64,000 nucleotides of DNA. It comes from the human T2T-CHM13v2.0 reference genome, Homo sapiens. The DNA is taken from NCBI RefSeq assembly GCF_009914755.1, contig NC_060935.1; one strand, written 5' to 3'. Below the pieces are notes generated by a model. That model worked only from the letters and a program-made list of their open reading frames with translations, was not told the origin of the DNA and did not search any database. Below, piece after piece: positions 51,905 through 64,000 of the stretch (position 1 is the first letter of the stretch; each line of letters begins with the position of its first letter). A program made the translations under genes and the position numbers.

Positions 51905-54900
51905 TACATTGATCTTTTGTATGGATTTTCAAGTCTCAATTTCATTGAGTTCTCTGATTTTACTTATTTCTTTTCTTCAGCTAGATTTTGGGTTGATTTG
52001 TCCTCTTTTTTCTAGTTCCTTTAGGTGCAATGTTAGATTGTTAATTTGAGATTTTCTAGCTTCTTGATGTAGGTGTTTGGCCCTACAAACTTTACTCTTA
52101 ACACTGCTTTAGCTGCATCCAAAAGATTTTGGTATGTTGGGTATGTACTTTTATTGGTTTCAGAGAATTTTTTGATTTGTGTCTCGATTTTATTGTACAC
52201 CCAAAAGTCATTCAGGAGCAAGTTGCTTAATTTCCATGCAATTATGTGGTTTTGAGATATCTTCCTGGTATTGATTTCTATTTTTATTGCCCTATGGTCC
52301 TAAAATGTGCTTAGTATGATTTCGATATTTTTTAATTTACTGAGACTTGCTTTATGGTTGAGCGTGTGGTCAAACTTAGAATATGTTTCGTGTGCAGATG
52401 AGAAGAATGTATGTTCTGTAGCTGTTGGGTAGAGTATTCTTTTAGATGTCTATTAGGTCCAATTGGTTGAGTGTCAAGTCCAGAATTTCTTTGTTAGTTT
52501 TCTGCCACATAATCAAACACTGTCAGTAAGGTGTTGAAGTCTCCCACTATTATTGTGTGGCTCTCTAATCCTTTTCGTAGGTCAAGAACTTGTTTTATGA
52601 ATCTGGGTGCTCCAATGGTGGGTATGTATATATATTTAGAATAATTAAGCCTTCTTGTTCAATTGAACCCTTTATTATTATGTAATGCCCTTCTTTGTCC
52701 TCTTGACTATTGTTGGTTTAGTGTCTGTTTCATCTCATGTAAGAATAGCGACTCCTACCTTCTTTTGTTTACCATTTGCATGATAGATCTTTCTCCAGCC
52801 ATTTACTTTGAGCTTGTGGGTGTCATTACATGTGAGGTGAGTCTCTTGAAGGTGAAAGATAATTGGATGCTGTCTTTTTATCTAACTTGCTACTCTATGC
52901 CTTTTAAGTGGGGGGTTTAGATCATTTACATTCAGGATTAATATGGATATGTGAGATTTTGATACTGTCATCATGTTGTTAGCTGGTTGTTTTGTATACT
53001 TGATTGTGTAGTTGTTCTATAGTGTTCGTGGACTATGAGCTTAAGTGTGTTTTTGTGGTAGCAGGTATTGTTCTTTTGTTTCCATGCTTAGCTCTCCCTT
53101 AAAGACCTCTTGTAAGCCTGGTCTAGTAGTAATCAATTCCCCCTTGTGTTTGCTTGTCTGAAAAGGACTTTATTTCTCCCTTGTTTATGAAGCTTAGTTT
53201 GGCAGGATACAAAATTCTTGGCTGGAAATGCTTTTTTTTTTTTTTTAAGGATACTGCAATTAGGCCCCCAGTCCTTTCTGGTTGTAAGGTTTCTGCTGAG
53301 AGGTCCACTGCTAGCCTGATGGAGTTCCCTTTGTAAGTGACCTGACCCTTCTCTCTAGCTGCCTTTAAGATTTTTTTCTTTCATGTTGACCTTGTGTCTT
53401 GGGGCTGGTCATCTTGTATAGTATCTCAGAGCGGTTCTCTGTATTCCTTGTATTTGCCGTCTCTCTAGTGAGATTGGGGAACTTTTTGTGGATTACATCC
53501 TCACATATGTTTTCCAAGTTGCTTACTCTCTCTCCTTCCTTCTCAAGAACGTCAATGACTCATAGGTTTGGTTTCTACAAAATCCCATATTTCTTGGACA
53601 TTTTGTTCATTTTCTTAAATTCTTTTTTTTTTTTTTGTCTGAGTTGATTTGAAGAACTGATCTTGATGCTCTGAGATTCTTCAGCTTAGTCTATTCTGTT
53701 GCTAATGCTTCTAATGGTATTATGGAATTCTTGTGGTGAATTTTTTAATTCCAGAAGTTCAGTTTGGTTCTTTCTTAAAATGGCTATTTCGTCTTTCAAC
53801 TATTGTATTATTTTACTGGATTCCTTGAATTCCTTGGATTGGGTTTCAACTTTCTCCTGAACCTTAATGAGCTTCCTTGCCATCCAGATTCTGAATTCTA
53901 TATGTCATTTCAGTCATTTCACTCTGGTTAGGAACTATTGCTGGAGAGCTAATGTACTCATTTGGAGGTAAGGAGACACTGTAACTTTTTGGATTGCCAG
54001 AGTTCTTATTGCTGATTCTTTCTCATCTAAGAGGACTGGTGTTCCTTGTCTTTTTGGATTTGCTGTCATTTGGATATTGTTTTTATATACTTCATTTCCC
54101 TTGAGGGTTCTGTGGTGTAAGTTGAGTATAGTCAATAAGCCTTTGTTTCTGGGTGTTTTCAGAGAGCCAAAGCTCTGTGCAAGATCTTTATTTGTGGCTA
54201 GATTCTTGCCCTGCATTTCACAGATAATGTATATTGGAAGAGTATTTTTGGTGTTGTAACTTGGGCTGTCATCCAGTAGACGGCGCTTAAGAGTAATGGC
54301 CAACAGATATGCTCTTATTTAGCTGAGTAGCTCTTCCGTATTTCAGTGGGTTTATTGCAGTGCTCTGTGGTGGGGAGGGAAGAGAGATGACTTCTTTACC
54401 AGGTCCATTCCCCTGCCTTAGGGGAGGTCCCTCCTAACACTGGCACCATGCCAACATTGCCTTCGTTAGGTGTTCCAGGTCACAGGGCTCCTTCAGGCAG
54501 AGGCTTTGGCTGCCAGACAGGCCTCACCCTTCCCAGACTGGCACTTTTGAGGGAGGCATACCCCATTCCTGCACCTGCCCAGGAACCCGCTTCTTACTCT
54601 TCTCAGTGTTCTGAGTGTGCAGGTTCCTCTCCCACTTAATCACTGGCCAGATCTCAGCCTGCCACTTCTGAGCTATGTGCTGCAACCCAGGGGTATTGGA
54701 ATCTGGCCTGCAGCTTCATCCTCTGCGTTGGGCATTGGTTGTGCTGGGGGAGCTGGAGTGCTCTCAGGCTGTGAGGAAAGCACTCTGCCTGGGCAGTGGA
54801 GGCCGTGCTGTGTACCTGCTCTTGTAGGAGTGGCCAGGCAGGGGCCTTGGGAGGGGCTGGTGGATAGAGGAGCATGCAGAACAGACATGCCCCAGTCCCA

Positions 54901-55422
54901 CAGGAAAGATGGCCCCACTCTCTCCTGGCCCAGCAGCCAGCCAAGGTTAGAGCTACTCAGAGGAAGACAGAGAATCCTGTGGGATGGGTGCCTGTGGCCA
55001 CATTTTGCTGCAGCTTCTCCATGTGCAAAACCTTCTAGGCTCTGCACAGCCTGGAGCACTGTTTCTGCCTACTCTCCAGGCAGATTCCCTTGACAATTCA
55101 AACATCTGTAGGAGTCATGGGACCTCTTGTAGCTAATATCTGAGAGGTCTGTGGTGAGAGTGGGTTACCCCGCCATCACTTCACTCACCCCTTCCTTAGG
55201 AGCTGTTCAGGGCCGGGAACCAGTCCCAGTGCTCTGCAAACCTGTGCAGGGTTCCCAGCTTCCTCCCTCTTCAGTCTCAGTGTCTGCCTTACCTCTCTAT
55301 TACTCTGTGTTTTCTCTCCAAAGATCTGTCCTAAGGATGTTGGTTTATTCAATATTTTGGTCTCTCTCATTGGGAGATGCTCCTTGACTGTATCTATTGG
55401 CCATCTTGTCACCTCCATCCAC

Positions 55423-55729
<307 letters not shown>

Positions 55730-55817
55730 TAAATGATAAAATATATTCTCAATTCCCCTTCTATCCTCTTTCTCTCTTTAAAGTTATAAATCTTATGTTC
55801 GTCCCTGCAGCCACTCA

Positions 55818-56148
<331 letters not shown>

Positions 56149-58309
56149 TGCCAAGTTGACTTAGATAAGTAAGCAGAACACAGGAAAGAAGTTCATTTCC
56201 ATTCTATCATTCCATAGGAATCAGCCAAAAACTTGCTGAAAGTGGAAATTCAGTTTTGCCATAAAAGGACCCCTTTAATGATTTATCTTTCACCTCTATG
56301 TAACTCTGTATTTCTTTCTACTGATTTCTCCATAAAAGCTCTGCATAATGGTGTGGGTTGATTTATGAGACTCCCTTCAGCCTTTATTCCATTTTTACTT
56401 TTTCTTACTTTGTTATTTCCCCTGGTGGATGCCAGTGTTAGTATTTGACCCATACAAGGGGTGTTCAGCCAAAGACAGTCCTCAGTCAGACTGTGGCCTG
56501 AGACAGATGGTGAGGCCAGTTGGTGCTTTGGGGCAGTCAGATTACATTTCCAAGGCGTTCTCGTGTGACAGCTGTGTGCCTTTGATCAAAACATTGAGAA
56601 ACAAACCCTCACGTCTCCCTTAGCACAAAAACAGCCAGGACCCTGTTTTCCTGGATCAAAGAGAGGCATGTCAGATACTCTATAGGACTTCATATGCATT
56701 AAATACCACATTCTCAGAAGAGCTGCAGAGGCCCAGGATGACAGGGGTCACTACAGAAAGAGGACCTCTGCAGGAGGTGAGGAGGGGCTCCACCAGGGCG
56801 GACTCTCTTTGTATCTGTTGTACCCTCAGCACCTACAACAGTACCTGGAGCAATGTAGAAGCTCAATAAATATTTTTTGAATTAATTATTAAATAAGTGA
56901 GCTGCTTCTATCTGGCAAGTCCCTTACTTTACTCAGATTGACACATCATTCCTGCTCATTTTTGAAAATCCAGCTCATCTCTTTCTCAGAGTGCTTTCTT
57001 TGACCTGTCTAAACACTTCTCTATATATAAAGCTGTACTTTCAAATGGATTTCTGTTGCTTGTTCTTATAATACAGTATTGCAGTTACTTGATTGCATGT
57101 CCCTCCTCCCTTCAAGACCTTTAATTCCTTCATAGCTAAGGACAATTCTTATTCATCTCTGTACTCATGCTGCCTAGCATAGTTCCTGTATATTTACTCC
57201 TTCATCCAACGGGATTTGAGCACCCTGCTTTATTCCCAGCACTGAAACAGGCTCTGGGGATACAGCAGCGAACAAGAAATGAGCCCTCTCTATTCCCCAA
57301 GCTTAAATTTTATAAGGATTGCAGACAATTAATACGAGTAAGTGCAATGGTGGAGGTTATGAGGACACCATGGAAGCACATAGGAAGGACACCACTGCAT
57401 AAAATTTGATGATCATTAAAAGCCTCCTAGAGGATGCTTCCCAGGAAAAAAACAAAGAATATCTGAAGGATAAATAGAATTGAGCCAGTAAAGTGGGGGA
57501 GTGTTCCAAGAATAGAAGAAAGGAAGACAGAAGGGAGAAACAGATGAAAGGAAAGCAGGGAAGAATGGGAGAAGTGAAGAAGAGAGGAAGGCAGGGATAT
57601 TGCATTTTCTTATTTGCCTTGTAATATTTCTTCCAGTAGGTGGCCTTACCAAGAGCCCCATAACTGCTAGAGGCCACCTGCTACCCCATCTTACTTGGAG
57701 GTTCTGTTTTTACCCCTAGTCACAGAATCACAGGCTATTGTAGAGCTGAAAGGGGCTGTTAATACCTAGTCCCATCCCTCTTATTCTACACATATGAACG
57801 ATGAAGCCCACAGAGGTTAGTAATAACAGTATTTTGCTTTTATCTGTTATCTTGCAAAGCATTTTTACCCCTATCCAGCGTGCATCCAACAGCCCTGTGA
57901 AGCAGCGTTATTCTTTTCTACATATCAGGAAACTGGGGTTTAAATGGAATTAGTGGTAGAGCTGGAAGCCAGGTCTCTACCAAGGGCACACCATGAGGAG
58001 CGGAGCCAGCAGGAGATGACTCCTCATCCAAACTCCTTCCAGAAGGCAAGAAGAGCTCTCTGACACCTGATGGGGACTGGCCATGCTAATTATTCACAGC
58101 ATGTCCCAATTAAAAGAACACTTGTGCTGAATGCCTTATTTGCCAATAGCCTGGAGATCACTAGAATGACTGGAGTTGACTGGTCTTGCCTTCATTTGGT
58201 GTCAGATGGTAGGTCAGTCTTTTTACAAATAAAAAGAGTGTTCATTTTGGACTATTTAAAAATGTGAAATGTCTGTAAAAGCAGGACTCTATAAACCAAG
58301 TTAAGAGAT

Positions 58310-59475
<1,166 letters not shown>

Positions 59476-60187
59476 TTAGCCATAGACTGGGGAAATGTTA
59501 ACTTTATAAAAACCATCAAAGAAATAATATCCAGAGCTCAAAGAATTCCTAAAGTCAATAAGAGAAAGACTAATAACCCAATAGAAAAAATGAGCAAAGG
59601 ATATAAACAGGCAACTCTCAAAAAAACAGGAAATCTTAATGACCAAAAAAAAGAAAACATGAAAAATATTCCCCGTTAATCAAGATGCACCATAAAACAG
59701 TAAGACAAACTTTCACCTCAATTCATTTTATAAAGGTTTTAAAGTCTAATAAGAAGTGTCGATGAAGATGGGACAATGCTATCTAGGGAGGGAATGAGAC
59801 AAGATCTAATAACACTGAGAATGCTCTATATTTAACAATGAATTTTACTTCTAGATATATACACATATATAATAGTAATATATGTAATTAATGTTATATA
59901 TATGATTTATGTAATGTATATTAAAGAAACTCACGTATGTGCAAGGAGGTTCACTGAAGTATTATTTGCCACCACAGTTTAAAAAAAAGCAAATTTCAAG
60001 ATGTTATAGACTGTGTTACCATTTCTGTAAATTAAATTATATTTATTAGTACATATATATGGAGCAAATGTGTCAAAGCACTAAATCCATTATAATGGTT
60101 AACTCTAGGAAGGAGAGGAATAACATAAGAAAGGGAAATATAGGGACTTCAAATTTGTCAGGGTTTTTTTTCTTAGAAATTTTTTCA

Positions 60188-60675
60188 GACCAGGTATAGT
60201 AGCTCCCACTTATAATGCCAGTGTTTTGGGAGGCCAAGGCAGAGGGATGGCTTGAGACCAGAAGTTTGAGACCAGCCTGGGCAATATTGGGAGACTCCTA
60301 TCTCTACAAAAAAATATAAAAATCAGCCAGGAGTGGTGGCACAGTCCTGCAGTCCCAGCTACTCAAGGCTGAGGAGGGGGGTTCGCTTGAGCCCAGGAGT
60401 TAGAGGCTGCAGTGAGCCATGATCACTCCACTTCACTCCAGCCTGGGTGACACAGTGAGTCTTTGTCTCAAAAAATAAATAAATAAAAATAAAATAAAAA
60501 TTTCTTTTTGAAAATCTGAACCAAAGCCTTAAAAATATTTTTTAATCATTTGTTCATGCCTATACCAAAACTATTTGTTTTTGTTTGTTTAGATATGCGG
60601 TCTCCTGGCTTCAAGTGATCCTGCCCCAGCCTCCCAAAGTGCTAGGATTACAGGTATGAGCCACCGTGCCCAGCC
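60188..60675. mobile_element. AluJ (+, 60188-60500) and an Alu fragment (-, 60574-60675)
   Basis: Alu sequence. Confidence 0.8.
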
Positions 60676-61374
60676 CAAAATTGCTTTTCAAAACATTTTT
60701 AATAAGCCTGACTTTTCACACGGAAAATTCAAGTACTTATCCTTTCACCCCAGATTTAATCCCACCAGTTTCCTCATCTGTTAATTTAAAAAAGAACAGA
60801 TTAGATCACTTCTAAGATCCTTCCAGCCCTGACACTCTAGCCTCCTGTGAAATCTCAAAGGCTTTGAAGAGATTGTAGATGAGTGACCTTTTGTTCAAGT
60901 AAGTTCTGGAAGGAGCTAGGAATGTACCGTCAGCTGTTATAAGGGAAAGAAGCCTTGGAACCTTTTTTTAAACCATGAAAGCTGCTTCTTTTCACGTAGC
61001 CTCACCCCAGAGGCATTCCCCAATTAGTGTCCTAGCTATTTATATTCCTGGGAACCCTATCTAAATTTAGCTTCCACACAAAAAGTTTGTACTGTGATGG
61101 GGTCTGGACACTCTGGTACTGTTTTCCTCCCCCTACCCCAAGTGAAAAGCCTTTACATAAGACCTGGTGGTCATTAATTATTGTGTAAAACTTTAGGTTT
61201 AGAAGTTTGGTGGCCATATATTGAACCCAGTAGTAGACCTTGTAATCTGTCACAGGTCTGATGATGTGGTAGATTATTTTGCATTCAGGATGGTCCGAGC
61301 AAAATCCTTGTCTTGTGAGAAGCTGAAGGAGCCAGTTAACAGGTTAAATGGGAGACTTGTGGCAGACTCAAGGA

Positions 61375-61513
61375 TTTTTGTTTGTTTGTTTCTTTAGAGA
61401 TAGGGGTCTCACTATGTTGCCCAGTATGGCCTCAAACTCTGGGGCTCAAGTAATCCTCCCACCTCAGCCTCCACAGTAGCTGGGGCTACAGGTGCATGCT
61501 AATACATCTGGCT
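61375..61513 (-). mobile_element. FLAM monomer
   Basis: Monomeric Alu-like sequence; flanks share caaggatttt. Confidence 0.8.
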
Positions 61514-62164
61514 AGAACCAAGGATTTTATACACAGTCAGGCAGTCTTTCTAGGGCACACAGCCCCTTCCTAAGGAATCTACCTGGACTCTCATTTAACC
61601 AAGGGGAACTGAAGAAACTTCAGCAAAAGGACTGATAATGAGAATCTAATATATTTAGTTGTAAAATGAAGAATAATAGAAGGGCTGGGAAATAGGTGGA
61701 AGAATAGTATGTGAACAAAATAGAAATGATGCAGCAAAAATTATGGGAGGAGAAGAGGTAAAGGAGAAAATAGAAAAAGATTCTGAAAAAGGATCCCATC
61801 TTAAACTGAAAGTATATGTTTACTTTTTAAATGGTGAACCAGAGATACTAGAAAAGCTTTTAAACAAAGATACCCATTAAAACTAATAAAACAAACTTTC
61901 CTAAATAACAAAAGAAACGTTTTTAATTTTTAAAATGGTACAGAAACATAGTAAATACACACAATAATTAGAGTATTAAATAAATAGCAACATTGAAGGG
62001 TGATTCCATGATATATTGTTAAGTGAAAAAAATAAAATCTAAAGAGTACAGATAGCATGCTGCTTTTTGTGTAAGAAAAGCAGGAAGACAAGAAATATAC
62101 ATATATCTATTTCATTTTTTGCAAAAAGAAACACAGGAAGGGTAATCAGAAAACAATGAGATTA

Positions 62165-62597
<433 letters not shown>

Positions 62598-62839
62598 TTT
62601 AAAAAGGAGGAGTAAGGACTTAAAACTGAGAACAGACAGAAAACCTGAGTGTATTTCACATTAATAACATAACCTCAGTAAAGGGCAGGGAGGCTGACGA
62701 GGAACTTTTGGACACAACACTTTGACCATAACCCTCATAGTAAAGGTGGGGAGTGAAGGGATAACAGACAAATCCTGAGCTCTTTTCTGTTTGTGTGTTT
62801 TTTATTTGCTACTGCTTCTCCAGAGTTTTGTATACCTTT

Positions 62840-64000
62840 GTTTAAACTTTTATTTTAGGTTTGGGATACATGTGCAGGTTTGTTATATAGGTAAATTGCA
62901 CGTCACGGGGTTTGTCGTACAGATAATTCATCACCCAGGTAATAAGCATAACACCCAATGGGTAGTTTTTCCATCCTCACCCTCCTCCCACCCTCCACTC
63001 TTAAGTAGGCCCCAGTTTCTATTATTCCTTTTTGTGTGTGTCCATGTGTACAAAACGTTTTGCTCCCACTTATGAGAACATGTGGCATTTGGTTTTGTTT
63101 CTGCACTAGCTCGCTTAGGATAATGGCCTCTAGCTTCACCTACGTTGCTGCAAAGAACATGATCTCACTGCTTTTATGGCTTCATAGTGAAATGGGAAAA
63201 GTTCCCTTGTCCCCCTCGCAGGGTGTGCGATGGGGATGTGACTCGCTTCTTCAGTGTCCCGCTGCTCAAACCTCTATGGGGGGCATGCAGACGGGCAGGC
63301 TGTGGGGCTCCGACCCCAAGGCAGTGTCTAGGGGTGAAGCCCCAGTGGGCGTGTGTTACAGGGTGCTCTTTCAGTTTAGCCGTCCATAGGCGGCTTGTGT
63401 ACTCAGCTCAATTAGACCCCTGCCTTATCGCAAGGACAGAGGGCTTTCTGTATCCCTGGGTTCTTGCCTTGGTGTACTGGAAGAATCGGATCACACGTGG
63501 GCTTGGAGACTGAGTACAAGGTTTTGTTGAGTGGAAGTAGCTCTCAGCAGTTGGGGGAGCCAGAAGGGAGATGGTTTTCCCCTGGAATCTGGCCATTCAG
63601 CAGCGCAGGCTCTCCTCCTCCGACCCTGTCCAAACTCCATGTTCTGCCGGTCGATGGCCTGCTGACCTGCCGGCGTCTGTCGGTGTGCTCTTCCACTGGC
63701 GTGTTCCCCTTGAGTCCTCTGGACGTCCAGCCGCTTGTGTCTCTGCCCGCTAGGGCGTTGGGTTTTTATGGGTACAGGATGGGGGCATGGCAGGCCAGGG
63801 TGGTCTTGGGAAATGCAGCGTTTGGGCAGGAAAACAGAAATGCCTGTTCTCACCTAAGTCTGTGGGCACAGGCCTGGGGGTGAAGCGCTAGCCAGGGACC
63901 ACGACCTCCTGTACCCAGCACTTCTCTGCCCCCCTTCCCTATCAATAGTACTCCGTAGTTTATAGGTACCGCATTTTCTTTATACAGTCTACCGTTGATG
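62840..64000 (-). mobile_element. L1PA (older, ~PA13-like) 3' end, interrupted by the LTR and running off the window
   Basis: L1 3'UTR motifs (tacatgtgcaggtttgttatataggtaaa..., ttatgagaacatgtggcatttgg). Confidence 0.8.
63188..63944 (-). mobile_element. ERV1 solo LTR (MER50-like)
   Basis: TG...CA termini, 757 bp, 4-bp TSD atag (63184-63187 and 63945-63948). It interrupts an L1 3'UTR that resumes exactly after the TSD. Confidence 0.85.

Larger units (their letters stand above)
46490..55420 (-). mobile_element. Near-full-length old L1 (L1PA15/16-like), interrupted by the SNX7 retrocopy
   Basis: Degenerate ORF2 RT peptides ([19 protein letters not shown], 48144-48449), ORF1 peptides (DLSAETLQ...FQPRILYPAKLSF, 53123-53308), GC-richer 5'UTR at ~54200-55420 and L1PA15/16-type 3' end at ~46500. 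About 6.1 kb once the inserts are removed. Confidence 0.9.

Noticed and set aside
51309-51932. 207-aa ORF as a functional L1-SNX7 fusion gene
   Set aside because: It starts at a TTG in L1 sequence out of frame with ORF2, and SNX7 is broken by a stop, frameshifts and an L1 insertion; it is a pseudogene.
54448-55387. GC-rich ORFs or possible CpG-island promoter
   Set aside because: This is the 5'UTR of the old L1 and is CpG-depleted.
63187-63883. Overlapping 60-140 aa ORFs and a CpG-rich patch
   Set aside because: Entirely within the MER50-like solo LTR; no gag/pol/env similarity.

Overview
Human/primate genomic DNA (Alu- and L1-rich, CpG-depleted). It contains one complete protein-coding gene: SLN (sarcolipin, the 31-aa SERCA-regulating micropeptide), on the minus strand. 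SLN has a non-coding exon 1 (~25104-25202), a 3957-bp GT-AG intron, and a coding exon 2 (~20515-21146; CDS 20976-21071; AATAAA at 20538-20543). This places the window at the SLN locus (11q22-23, from recall). A perfect CAG|GTAAGT donor at 32758/32757, with a MEF2/TATA composite upstream, suggests a second, distal first exon. The most elaborate structure is a three-level retrotransposon nest at 46.5-55.4 kb: a near-full-length old L1 (L1PA15/16-like), a processed SNX7 pseudogene inserted into it (14-bp TSD), and a 5'-truncated younger L1PA inserted into the pseudogene (15-bp TSD), apparently carrying a ~50-bp 3' transduction of L1 ORF2 sequence. The rest is about 30 Alu/FLAM copies, old L1M/L2/MIR fragments, solo LTRs (MLT1, MLT2, THE1, MER50-like) and DNA transposon fossils (MER5, Tigger2, MADE1). 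I found no evidence of a genuinely new biological system; the findings are regulatory hypotheses and retrotransposition histories. Repeat subfamily names come from recalled consensus sequences, and boundaries of old repeats are approximate.
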